From the IMG/VR virus record IMGVR_UViG_3300027754_000037: a stretch of DNA of 64,000 nucleotides, one strand, 5' to 3'. The notes beneath the pieces were generated by a model, which was not told where the DNA came from, searched no databases, and was given only the letters and a program-made list of their open reading frames with translations. The DNA comes from a virus. Taxonomy: Duplodnaviria; Caudoviricetes. Position numbers and translations under genes: made by a program. Below are positions 16,240 to 25,544 of this stretch, in pieces (position 1 is the stretch's first letter; each line of letters starts with the position of its first letter).

Positions 16240-17142
16240 ATGGAAAAATCAGCATTAAATTTCCGTGAATTCATGCGTTTAGACGAGATCATGGACATTG
16301 CGTCTGCTGACACGAGTGGAATTGTTTTGCAGCGCAGCGGAAACAGTTACATATACGATTTTGAACATAATGGAGAGAGTTACAAGGTTGAAATGGAGAA
16401 TTCGGACTATCCATATGAAGACATGAAGGAATTCAACCCAACTTATGTCATTGCTTTTGAAGGTCCGAATGACATGGATTTGACTGGTACTGCTGGAATG
16501 TCAGCGACTATTATTTATCGTGCCATGTTATTGGCAATCAAGAAGCTTTTAGAGACTACTGAGGTCAACTCTTTGGAATTTGCACCTGCTGCTCCAAGGA
16601 TGTTGCCGATGTACGACATATTTTACAGAAAGTACCTGCTGCCCGACCCTCCTAGAGGGCAAGGTTTTGTGCGTGTGAGGCAGACCCTTTATGTCAGGAG
16701 TTCGCATCTTGATGACAAGATGAATCAAAAAGCAACTGGAGACCAAGAAGTTTTCCGGCAAAATATGGCAAGTGCAGATAAAAAGGTAAGGGCTAGAATT
16801 GATGATATGGATGACATCAGAAAGAAAAAGAGATTTATAGACAAGATTAACAATCCTGTAGATTCTGGGTTCTATTATTGGATAACTTTAAAAATCGGTA
16901 CTCCTAATTTACAAGGTGATAAATCCAATCATCCTGTATTGATTGCTGTGAACCACAACAAGACAGACCGCTGGGCTTATGATGACAGCATCAGGCAACA
17001 AGGAATTTATTTGCGTGATAATAACGGGAAATTCATCGCAATCATGATTAATCGACCCATGAGTCTTGCTTGGATTAAGGACTTCGTGCGTCCTGCGACA
17101 GAAGAGGAAATTCGTAGTGTGAAAGCGATGCCAAGATCCTAG
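16240..17142 (+). CDS. Paralog 1 of a 3-member family; putative internal head protein
   Basis: NFREFMRLDE N-terminus; core FEGP...TG.AG.SA..IY..MLLAIKKLLET. Confidence 0.6.
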   Translation: MEKSALNFREFMRLDEIMDIASADTSGIVLQRSGNSYIYDFEHNGESYKVEMENSDYPYEDMKEFNPTYVIAFEGPNDMDLTGTAGMSATIIYRAMLLAIKKLLETTEVNSLEFAPAAPRMLPMYDIFYRKYLLPDPPRGQGFVRVRQTLYVRSSHLDDKMNQKATGDQEVFRQNMASADKKVRARIDDMDDIRKKKRFIDKINNPVDSGFYYWITLKIGTPNLQGDKSNHPVLIAVNHNKTDRWAYDDSIRQQGIYLRDNNGKFIAIMINRPMSLAWIKDFVRPATEEEIRSVKAMPRS

Positions 17143-17153
17143 TTATTTCTTAA

Positions 17154-17186
17154 AAAGTAGCAGCGACCAGAAATCGCTGCTACTTT
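17154..17186. terminator. Bidirectional terminator
   Basis: AAAGTAGCAGCGA / TCGCTGCTACTTT between convergent genes. Confidence 0.8.
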
Positions 17187-17200
17187 AATTTAATTTCAAA

Positions 17201-17449
17201 TTAGGCAACAAACTTCATGGGACAAAGCTTGCAATCCATCTTCTTCATCTTGCCAAACTCCTCCATGTTGTCAGCAACCTTTTTGCCACAAGAGAGACAC
17301 ATCACGGCATCGCCATGAGGAACCCATCCTTTAGCGATCTGAGCTTTAATCTGGTCGTCTGTAATCGTGTCAGGCTTCGCCTTAGCGACAGTTGCCAACT
17401 CGTCACGAATCAATTCCTTGTGCTTTGTAAAAATTTCTTCAGCGTTCAT
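17201..17449 (-). CDS. small protein with two CxxC motifs
   Basis: CLSC and CKLC; GGAGG RBS. Confidence 0.65.
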   Translation of the reverse strand: MNAEEIFTKHKELIRDELATVAKAKPDTITDDQIKAQIAKGWVPHGDAVMCLSCGKKVADNMEEFGKMKKMDCKLCPMKFVA

Positions 17450-17491
17450 TTTACCTCCATAGGGTGCTTTTTTATTGTTTAAGGGATATTA

Positions 17492-19630
17492 TTAGAACAG
17501 CCTTTGGTTGCAGACTGTGATGGCGGGCACATAAGCGCCGTTTACAGCCGAGCAGATGCCCAGAGACTGTTGGATATTGGAGCATTGGTTATAGAAGAAC
17601 TTAGTCTTGGCGCATGTGCAGGAGTTTGTGCCAATTTTGCAAACCTTTCCAACGCTTGTTCCGCAACCCTTGTTGGAGCAGCTTTTGATGACTTCTGGGC
17701 TTACGAAGCTCTTGACGAAAGAGTTGGCAATCAGCTTCATGTAGGTTTCGGTGACTTCGGCCTCATTTTCTTTGGCGAAGACTAGAACATACAGTTCTTT
17801 TCTACCGCTGAGTCCTGTCAGAACATGAGTATCGCCATAACCGTCATCATCAACAGGATCTGGAACATTTTGGGTGATTCCAGCTTCGATGCCGTCAACG
17901 ATGATGAGTTGATTGACTGTGGGATCGCCACCTGCGGAGCTAGACTTGTAGAAAGCTGCGAATTCAAAGCCATTGACCTTAAATTCAAAGCTTCCTATCA
18001 AGCATTCTCCATTGCCATCCTGCTCGGTGCCGCCGTAGATGTTGAATTCATTAATTGTCATGTTGTTTGCTGCGAGGACAAACAGTCCGGGGAACATGTT
18101 GGTGAAGTAGCGACTGCCGTTACCGAAGTAGTCGTTGGCGTTTTTGATTCTACCATCGCTGGGCATATAGTAGTAGTTGTACTTGTCGCTAGCATAATCA
18201 TAGTACATGTAGCCAACGCTCGAATCGTCACACACGATTACATTGCTGTGAGTAAAAGGAATGCAATTTTCTTCATCCAAGCTGCCGCCATTAATTGTTG
18301 CATAAGTTTGAGTATAGTTGGTGTTGAAGTACATTCCAGAATCCCAGACATTACAGCCGTCAGCTACACCGACACGGTAGAAATTGTAGCGTATGGGTTG
18401 ACCAATCAGTCCACCGTTTGCGGTCAGTTTCATGCAACCATAAGAAATACTGTTGTTGCCGAAGTTGAAGTCGGTGGTGAGGACCTTACCACCATATTGG
18501 GTGAAGTATCCAGCCACAAAGACTGTGTCGTCAGACTTTACAGTCAGGGCCATAACACCGTCATTTGCTCCGATGTTTGATCCGAAGCTAACATCACGGC
18601 TTCCATCGCTATTCAGACGGACAAGTCTATTGCAGAGCTTTCCGTCCAGCGTGACGAAAAAACCACCGACAAGAATCTTGCCTGATGATTGCAGCGCAAC
18701 TGCTTGTACTCCCGCCCACCAGTCGCCATCAAATCCAGTTGTACCAAGGTTAAATGTTGCATCAAAGGTTCCATCATCTTCAAGTCTGCAAAGGCCGTTA
18801 TCGATATTTATAGTTTTGTAGGTACTCCATTCGCCACCAACAACTACTTTGCCGTCTTTTTGGATGGCGATACTGTAGACATCATTATCAAAGCCCGCTC
18901 CAACTGAGAAGCCGCCATCTTCTGTGCCGTTTGCATTTATTTTACAGATTCTGTTAGTAAAACTTCCACCAATAAAATACTCACCATCAGATGTTGGTGT
19001 GATGCACCATACACTATCGTAACCTACGGCATCTACATTGTCGGCAAAGCCTTCATCAAGAACTCCCAATCCATCTAATTTTGCAAGACCGGGGCTGCTA
19101 TATCCATCAAACTCGGCAAACTCACCTCCGACGATCACGGAGTCATCTATATCAACCGTAAGGGCATGGACATAATCATCGAAGCCACCGTTGTCGAAAT
19201 CTGTGTCATGGGTTCCATTTGTGGTCAGTCTAGCGATGTAATAAACAGATGTGGAATTAAGGTCTACAAAATTACCGCCAACGATTACTTTTCCCGAGGA
19301 CTGTAGGGCTAGAGCATAGATGGTGCCGTAGAATTTTGCAGATGTGTTGAAAGTGGTATCTGCGGTTCCATCAGCGTTGAATCTTTTGACTACTGAGTAA
19401 TTATCTTCTTCGCCGCCGTCGAAGAGACCTGAGTCACCAGCAACAAGGACCTTGCCATCGCTTTGAACTGTGATGCAGGTTGCGAATCCGATGTAGTCGA
19501 AATCAACTACAGTTCCCGGCATTTCAAAGTAATCGGGTTCATCTGTGAAATTGAAGCGACTGGACACTAAGCCTGCCACCTGCACACTTGAGGCGCTGGC
19601 TCCCAAGACAACTTGTTCTAACTGAGTCAT
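17492..19630 (-). CDS. Delta-60-repeat beta-propeller protein with Cys-rich C-terminus (probable virion protein)
   Basis: Repeats QSDGKVLVAG, QSSGKVIVGG, QKDGKVVVGG, QSSGKILVGG and RL..DG..D.xF; GGAG RBS; TATAAATA upstream. Confidence 0.8.
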   Translation of the reverse strand: MTQLEQVVLGASASSVQVAGLVSSRFNFTDEPDYFEMPGTVVDFDYIGFATCITVQSDGKVLVAGDSGLFDGGEEDNYSVVKRFNADGTADTTFNTSAKFYGTIYALALQSSGKVIVGGNFVDLNSTSVYYIARLTTNGTHDTDFDNGGFDDYVHALTVDIDDSVIVGGEFAEFDGYSSPGLAKLDGLGVLDEGFADNVDAVGYDSVWCITPTSDGEYFIGGSFTNRICKINANGTEDGGFSVGAGFDNDVYSIAIQKDGKVVVGGEWSTYKTINIDNGLCRLEDDGTFDATFNLGTTGFDGDWWAGVQAVALQSSGKILVGGFFVTLDGKLCNRLVRLNSDGSRDVSFGSNIGANDGVMALTVKSDDTVFVAGYFTQYGGKVLTTDFNFGNNSISYGCMKLTANGGLIGQPIRYNFYRVGVADGCNVWDSGMYFNTNYTQTYATINGGSLDEENCIPFTHSNVIVCDDSSVGYMYYDYASDKYNYYYMPSDGRIKNANDYFGNGSRYFTNMFPGLFVLAANNMTINEFNIYGGTEQDGNGECLIGSFEFKVNGFEFAAFYKSSSAGGDPTVNQLIIVDGIEAGITQNVPDPVDDDGYGDTHVLTGLSGRKELYVLVFAKENEAEVTETYMKLIANSFVKSFVSPEVIKSCSNKGCGTSVGKVCKIGTNSCTCAKTKFFYNQCSNIQQSLGICSAVNGAYVPAITVCNQRLF

Positions 19631-19653
19631 GATTTTCTCCTTTACGGTTGTAT

Positions 19654-19661
19654 TATTTATA
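19654..19661 (-). promoter_or_regulatory. T4-type late-promoter-like TATAAATA
   Basis: Exact T4 late consensus ~25 nt upstream of the delta-60 gene; the region is AT-rich, so chance matches are possible. Confidence 0.45.
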
Positions 19662-19939
19662 CAAACTAGATACAAAAAGATATTTATATGGCAATAATTT
19701 TTAAATGGCAGACTGAACTATTTATGATTCATGCTTTTTCATTTGACACAAAAATTTTTCATGTTAGTCTATCTCTCGAAGGATGTGCGAAATGAAAATC
19801 ACCAAAAGCCAGAAATTTAACGCCGTGTTATTTATTGTTTGGGTTGTATTTGTTTTATTTCTGACTCACAAGATGCGTGGACTCATGGAAGAAAACACCA
19901 GATTGCAGATTATATACAGTAAATACAAATAAGGAAGCC

Positions 19940-20632
19940 ATGAATTTCAGGGAATTTTTAGAAACTGAAGAGATGTTGGGTGAGTTTACAGACCCGAGGG
20001 CTGAGGACATCAGCCAGATTGAGTTTGAGCCTGTAGCACCTGAATTTAAAAAAACCAAAAATCCTATGTTTTCTTATAAGTTTGAATTTGGTGGTAACAA
20101 ATTTTCGGTTATTTTTGAGGAAAGAAAGTTAGACTCCTACATGATGAAGCCATTTGAGATTGTAGGTTATGCCATTTCATTTTATGGACCCCAACAAACA
20201 AAATCCACAGGCATGGCTGGATCTAGTGCAGGAATGATTTATAAAAAATTGATGTTGGCAGTAAGAAAATGGCTTGAAACCCACAGGGTTGATTATCTAT
20301 CTTTCCGTGGAGAGGAGTCCAAGATGGACCTTGTCTATGATTCTTTTTACACGAGGTTTTTGCAACAAGATTTCATCAGAACATCAGCTAACACCTACAT
20401 GAAGAAGTCAGTTTTGCAGGAATTTTTGCAAAAGCATCCTAGTGCCAACCAGACGATTCAAAAGAACATTAAATATACTGAAAAAGAACAAGAGATTTAT
20501 CTGGCAAGCGTGCGTGAGAAGGCTGCTAGGGATCGCAAACTTGCTAGAAAGCCGAAAGATGTAAGTTCATTCGGTCAAAAAGTGACTGGTTTGCTACCAT
20601 CATTTGGTAGGGCAACACCTGAACCCGTTTAA
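19940..20632 (+). CDS. Paralog 2 of the 3-member family
   Basis: MNFREFLETEE...EFTDP; core FYGP...TG.AG.SA.MIYKKLMLAVRKWLET. Confidence 0.65.
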   Translation: MNFREFLETEEMLGEFTDPRAEDISQIEFEPVAPEFKKTKNPMFSYKFEFGGNKFSVIFEERKLDSYMMKPFEIVGYAISFYGPQQTKSTGMAGSSAGMIYKKLMLAVRKWLETHRVDYLSFRGEESKMDLVYDSFYTRFLQQDFIRTSANTYMKKSVLQEFLQKHPSANQTIQKNIKYTEKEQEIYLASVREKAARDRKLARKPKDVSSFGQKVTGLLPSFGRATPEPV

Positions 20633-20644
20633 CTATATTAACCT

Positions 20645-21739
20645 ATGCATTATCTCATCGTTGGCACAGGTTTTTATGGCAGCGTTATTGCCCGTCAACT
20701 TGCAGAGCAAGGTGACAAAGTCACGATCATAGACAAAAGAAACCACATCGGTGGCAACTGTTACACCGAAGTGATTGATGGCATACCGGTCCACAAGTAT
20801 GGACCTCATGCTTTTCACACCAATTCTGAGCGTGTCTGGGAATTTTGCAACAAGTTTGTTGAATTCAATGGATTTCGCTTGCAGGTCAAAGTTGACTACA
20901 AGGGCAAGATATATTCTTTTCCTGTAAACATGATGACTTTGAGTCAACTTTACGGTATCACTCGTCCTTCAGAGGCGAAAAAGGCACTTGCTTCATCAAG
21001 AGTGAAGGTGAGGAATGTAAAAACATTTGAAGATCATTGTTTAAACACAATAGGGCGAGAGCTTTACGAGATTTTCTTTTATGGTTACACTCACAAGCAA
21101 TGGAACATGCATCCTAATCTCTTGGGAGCATCGGTAGCCAAGCGTATTCCTGTGCGATTGGAGTACAATGATTATTATTTTACGGACAAGTATCAAGGAA
21201 TTCCAATTGGAGGTTATACTCGGCTTTTTGAGAACATGCTTGATCATAAGAACATCAAGGTTTTGTTGGATGTTGATTTTTTTGAAAATCGTAAGGACTT
21301 TGAGCGCAAGTTCAAGAAAATAATTTACAGCGGAAAGATTGACGAGCTTTTGGAATACAAGCATGGAATGTTGGCTTACAGAAGTTTGAAATTTGATTTC
21401 AAAAAAGTTAGTGGTACTTATCAGGGCAATTCGATCATTAATTATACGGAATACAAAGTTCCTCATACTAGAATCGTGGAGCACAAATACTTTAGTGGGA
21501 TTGAAAACGGTAAGTCTGTGATTTCTATTGAGTATCCAGATGATTACTCCTTGGGCAAGACACCGTTTTATCCTATTCCGGCAGAGGAGAATCAAAAGTT
21601 ATATCAGAAGTACAGGGATGAGATTTTGGGGCAGGACAAGTATTTGATTGGTGGCAGGTTGGGTCGATACCAATATTTGAATATGGATCAAGTAATTGGG
21701 ATGGCTTTGATTGATTTTGATTCAAAATTGGCTAAATAA
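20645..21739 (+). CDS. glf: UDP-galactopyranose mutase
   Basis: FAD motif IVGTGFYGSVIA; RNHIGGNCY, HKYGPHAFHTN, YFTDKYQGIP, TRIVEHKYF, GRLGRYQYLNMDQ. Confidence 0.93.
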   Translation: MHYLIVGTGFYGSVIARQLAEQGDKVTIIDKRNHIGGNCYTEVIDGIPVHKYGPHAFHTNSERVWEFCNKFVEFNGFRLQVKVDYKGKIYSFPVNMMTLSQLYGITRPSEAKKALASSRVKVRNVKTFEDHCLNTIGRELYEIFFYGYTHKQWNMHPNLLGASVAKRIPVRLEYNDYYFTDKYQGIPIGGYTRLFENMLDHKNIKVLLDVDFFENRKDFERKFKKIIYSGKIDELLEYKHGMLAYRSLKFDFKKVSGTYQGNSIINYTEYKVPHTRIVEHKYFSGIENGKSVISIEYPDDYSLGKTPFYPIPAEENQKLYQKYRDEILGQDKYLIGGRLGRYQYLNMDQVIGMALIDFDSKLAK

Positions 21740-21742
21740 TGC

Positions 21743-22354
21743 ATGATTACATTTCAAGAATATATGCAAATTGTCGAATTCACCGATCCATCACAAGCTG
21801 ACATAAGTGATATTAATCTTATCAAGCAAGAATGGGGATATTATTACGATTGGATTTACAACAACAACAAATACAGCGTTGGTCTTGAAAAAATACAAGA
21901 CCCCAACCCGTCTTGGCTAGGATTACCGGATGGAAGCGAGATTGAAGCGAATGGTTATATTGTGGAATTTGTGGGTCCCAAGGGAACAAGACCTACTGAT
22001 TTATCTGGAGGTACAAGTCTTGTAATTTATAAGCAAATGATGTTGGTAATTAGAAAGCTTATTGAAACCGAACATGTTGATTACTTGGCTTTTTCGGGCC
22101 AGACTGGAAAGATGGATCGACTTTATGACAGGTTTGTAAAGACATTTCTTGGAGATCGATATACTTGGTATAATTATCAAATTTTGATGAATAATACATT
22201 CCTTGATCAGATAGCGCTTAAGCATCCTTCTAGTGCAAACTCGGTTGCAGAAAAGTTGTCACAAACAAAAAAAATAAGGCAACAAAATTTGATGTTTCAA
22301 AAACAACAAGACGACAAATCAAGAATCCAAAAAAGAACTAGTTTTGCCGTATAG
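21743..22354 (+). CDS. Paralog 3 of the 3-member family
   Basis: MITFQEYMQIVEFTDP; core FVGP...IYKQMMLVIRKLIET.HVDYL.F. Confidence 0.65.
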   Translation: MITFQEYMQIVEFTDPSQADISDINLIKQEWGYYYDWIYNNNKYSVGLEKIQDPNPSWLGLPDGSEIEANGYIVEFVGPKGTRPTDLSGGTSLVIYKQMMLVIRKLIETEHVDYLAFSGQTGKMDRLYDRFVKTFLGDRYTWYNYQILMNNTFLDQIALKHPSSANSVAEKLSQTKKIRQQNLMFQKQQDDKSRIQKRTSFAV

Positions 22355-22364
22355 AAGAAACCAA

Positions 22365-23660
22365 CTATTTAGCAAATCTTTCAGCAGCTTTCATGCTTGC
22401 TGCTGTTTGAGCAGTACCTTGTTGAGCTTGTTTCAAATATCTGTCTATCTCTGGGTCAGGATTGCTCCAAACGCCACTTGTGTCTGGTGGTTTTGGTTCT
22501 GTAAATCTTTTCAGGCGTTCCCAATTAGGTGAATCTGGGACATCTTTACTTGCAAATTGCTTGATAAGATTTTTGATAGTATCTGGGTCTACCTCATCGC
22601 CTTTGGCTGCTCGAGCTTGAGCAAGTTTATATTGTAGTTTTTCATAGGGGCTCATGGCAGCGTATTTGGCTTCTGCATTATAACCCTCAATGTCTTTCAA
22701 CAAATCATCAGTACCGCTTGGAGGTTGTGGAGCACGCATCCTAGCCCTAAAAGATTCCATGTCTTTGTTGATTAGCGTGGAACCACTATGCTTCATCTGG
22801 TCGGCAGTAGTTGTGTTGTCACCAAATTCACCACCGGATGCATTTCCACCCTCGAAGTCACCAGATCCTGCTTCAGGTTGAATCTGTTGTTGAACATGTG
22901 ACAAATCGTTGCTGGTTGGTAGTAGACCTTTGATTTTGTCTCCGACTTCGTTGACTAAATCCTTGGAAATCTTGCCAACGATTCCACCAGTAGCTGCTGC
23001 CAGTCCGATGGTGAGGGCGATTTTGGTTATTTCACGGGGATTTTGCGTGATATAATTTTTTAACTCCTTCATTCTGCTGGCAACTGTCTTGTAAACATTC
23101 TTGACAAGCGAGGACACAGCGCCGCCTATGGCACCAATTCCATAGCCTGTTTTTTTAGCAAGATATTCACCCCAACCTTCTTTCTCTTCTTCGGTCATCA
23201 ACCATTCACGGAAAGAGAATGATTCAGGCTGTAGTTCTGGTTTTTGCTTGCCAGCCACGGCATCAAAAGCCTTGTCAACTCCGTAGCCTACAACAGCAGA
23301 AAGTCCTTTGGTGTAATATTTTCTGGCAAAATACATGAGGGCAGACATGGGGATTGCTGCTGCTCCACCTGTGAGTCCCGCTGCTGTCAAGGTGATTGCC
23401 AGAATGGGGGAAATTCCTGTTTTATCTTGCATGAATTGTGCAAAATCTTTGCTTTTATTCAAAGCTTGTTTCGCAAGGTCGGCATATTTTGCGTATACTG
23501 CATCTTCTTTATCGGTTTGAGTGCTATAACCAGACTTTACTCCTCCTACAAAACTTTGATAGACGGACTCTTCAAATTTAAGAAAAGTCTCATCAGCAGG
23601 ATGCATTTTTTCAAAAGAATAAGAAATCATAATAGTTATTTCTTTTTTCCCATGATCCAA
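22365..23660 (-). CDS. hypothetical protein with repeated hydrophobic Gly/Ala segments
   Basis: 431-aa ORF; internal ESFSFREWLMTEEE separates two similar halves. Confidence 0.6.
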   Translation of the reverse strand: MDHGKKEITIMISYSFEKMHPADETFLKFEESVYQSFVGGVKSGYSTQTDKEDAVYAKYADLAKQALNKSKDFAQFMQDKTGISPILAITLTAAGLTGGAAAIPMSALMYFARKYYTKGLSAVVGYGVDKAFDAVAGKQKPELQPESFSFREWLMTEEEKEGWGEYLAKKTGYGIGAIGGAVSSLVKNVYKTVASRMKELKNYITQNPREITKIALTIGLAAATGGIVGKISKDLVNEVGDKIKGLLPTSNDLSHVQQQIQPEAGSGDFEGGNASGGEFGDNTTTADQMKHSGSTLINKDMESFRARMRAPQPPSGTDDLLKDIEGYNAEAKYAAMSPYEKLQYKLAQARAAKGDEVDPDTIKNLIKQFASKDVPDSPNWERLKRFTEPKPPDTSGVWSNPDPEIDRYLKQAQQGTAQTAASMKAAERFAK

Positions 23661-23899
23661 TTGTAGACTTCCTCGACATCATCACGGCTGGTGGAGATGT
23701 GATCGTTGGCCCAATCGTGGCCATCTGCAAGCATCTTGTCGATCTTGTGAGGGTCCATAGCCAAGAGTTTTTCGACTCTGTCTTTGATGTTTTTCAGGTT
23801 ATTGAAAAACATGTAGTGTTTAATTTCGTCTTCGGCTTCTGCGTAGAGTTGTTGCTCATTAAGAACGCCGGAAAGAAACAGAAAATACTTGTGGTCCAT
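23636..23899 (-). CDS. Conserved large-phage hypothetical (YMFF..GHDWAxDHI)
   Basis: Motifs HYMFFNNL and DGHDWANDHIS; N-terminal FLSGVLNE; ATAAATA upstream. Confidence 0.7.
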   Translation of the reverse strand: MDHKYFLFLSGVLNEQQLYAEAEDEIKHYMFFNNLKNIKDRVEKLLAMDPHKIDKMLADGHDWANDHISTSRDDVEEVYNWIMGKKK

Positions 23900-23981
23900 G
23901 TTAAATCCTCACTATAATTATTATTTATGTATAAAAATTACATAAATTAAGATAAATAAAGAAAGTCTTGGAGAATAAAAT

Positions 23982-24371
23982 ATGAAATACGATATGAATT
24001 ACATTCAGTTTTTGTCCGGGGTCATTTCCGAGGAGGAGTTCAGGGGTGAGCCTGTCAATGAACTTTTCGGCTTCGGCAAATCTGATGCTGTGGCTGAAAC
24101 AGATCCCCTGACTACTCTTCAAATTACAAGTTTCTTGAAGGCAGAAGTTACAAAGCTTTCTAAGTTTGTGGAGCCAGATCAGATTGATAAACTGAATGCT
24201 CTCCATCATGACACAATGGCTTTGACAAAGGACATTGAGGATGTCATGGGTCGTATTAATGACCTCAAGTATCCTCGAAGGACTTATGCTTCAAGTGGCT
24301 CCAGCAGCAGATTGGGGGTGGGAAGGTTAAGCGCATCTCCCAGAGGACTTTCTGGATTTGGTGGCGTTTAA
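23982..24371 (+). CDS. hypothetical protein (LSGVISE motif)
   Basis: MKYDMNYIQFLSGVISEEEF; ATAAATA at 23952. Confidence 0.65.
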   Translation: MKYDMNYIQFLSGVISEEEFRGEPVNELFGFGKSDAVAETDPLTTLQITSFLKAEVTKLSKFVEPDQIDKLNALHHDTMALTKDIEDVMGRINDLKYPRRTYASSGSSSRLGVGRLSASPRGLSGFGGV

Positions 24372-24385
24372 TTTCAAAGATACTT

Positions 24386-24423
24386 AAAAAAGCCCCGGCA
24401 ATTTTTGGCCGGGGCTTTTTTTT
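24386..24423. terminator. Rho-independent terminator
   Basis: A-run, GCCCCGGC / GCCGGGGC stem, T-run. Confidence 0.8.
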
Positions 24424-24470
24424 GAGCCATATATGTTCAAAAAAGCATCTTGTATTTCAAGGAGGAAATT

Positions 24471-24671
24471 ATGTTGGAACTTATATTACCAGTTTTGCTG
24501 GCTACTATGTTAGTTGTTATATTTTTGGTGATTGTTGGTTATTTATTCTTAAAAAAAGACAAAACTCAAAACAATCACGATGATTACATAAGGATGTTGC
24601 GTTTTCAAAGCAAATATCAGAGGCATATTGAGAAGAAAAAAATGACGAGGAAAGATGATTCTGGGTTTTAA
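24471..24671 (+). CDS. small membrane protein
   Basis: AAGGAGG RBS; one long hydrophobic helix. Confidence 0.65.
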   Translation: MLELILPVLLATMLVVIFLVIVGYLFLKKDKTQNNHDDYIRMLRFQSKYQRHIEKKKMTRKDDSGF

Positions 24672-24836
24672 ATCTTTTGTTGATACAAAATAATCATATC
24701 GACTAAATAAACATATTGTTATTGGAACTGGAGCGATGATTGCGGAAGTCTGTGCATTTGATGCTAGATAAACAATCAGATGTGAATAAAGAATATGAAG
24801 ATTTTTTAAAAAAACGATCTTAATTAGGAGAAAATT

Positions 24837-25544
24837 ATGATATCTTTTGAAGACTGGCGTTCTCTATCGCAATATCGACTTCAATTAGAAGGATCGTTTA
24901 CTGCTTTGCTTGAGGCTATGGAAGACGAGCGTGAAACAACTGTTTTAAAAACACTCAAGTCATGGGCATCGAGTTTTTTGAATAAGGTAAAAGGATATAC
25001 AACGAAAATTCCCGATGATAAAAGACTTGATATTGAAGTCGATAAGTTGTTGGGTCAACTGCGTGACAAGTTTTCTCAGTATTCCAAAGAAGACTACGAC
25101 CAGAGCTTGATTGGAAATTTTGATTTCTTCAAGAACATAAAAGCACAACCTGTTGCAGAATCACTTGGATTTCTTGGCAACGCTTTTTTTAAAGGTGTTG
25201 TGATGGTTTTGAAATGGATGTTCATCAGTCTTGCAGACTTGGTAAATGCGAGTCTCAACATGCTCAGGCATTCCTTGACCGGAGAGGGCTTTTTAAAGAT
25301 TTGTGTGTTTTGGGTTGCTCCAGCTATACTTATATCGCCAGTTATGGGATTGCAGGCGATTTATGGCATCAGCAATTGGTTCGGACTTGTTCCATTCATC
25401 GGATGGTTCGTGTGGCATGTGTTTGTTAAGCCTGCGCTTTTTAAATTAAGCGGTGCCAAGCGTGTTTCCTTAGGCAGGATGGACCCTGACGATGAGGATT
25501 CGACCACGGTACTTGGAGGTTGGACTAGACCTAAGATGGCCTAG
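24837..25544 (+). CDS. hypothetical protein with C-terminal TM segments
   Basis: AGGAG RBS; MISFEDW N-terminus. Confidence 0.65.
   Translation: MISFEDWRSLSQYRLQLEGSFTALLEAMEDERETTVLKTLKSWASSFLNKVKGYTTKIPDDKRLDIEVDKLLGQLRDKFSQYSKEDYDQSLIGNFDFFKNIKAQPVAESLGFLGNAFFKGVVMVLKWMFISLADLVNASLNMLRHSLTGEGFLKICVFWVAPAILISPVMGLQAIYGISNWFGLVPFIGWFVWHVFVKPALFKLSGAKRVSLGRMDPDDEDSTTVLGGWTRPKMA

Noticed and set aside
17504-18907. Long plus-strand ORFs opposite the delta-60 gene, and similar antisense ORFs elsewhere in the track
   Set aside because: Shadow frames of strongly supported genes, with no RBS or motifs.
24735-24771. 11-codon mini-ORF MIAEVCAFDAR after GGAG in an intergenic gap
   Set aside because: Too short, SD spacing is poor, and nothing independent supports it; no convincing RNA structure was seen either.
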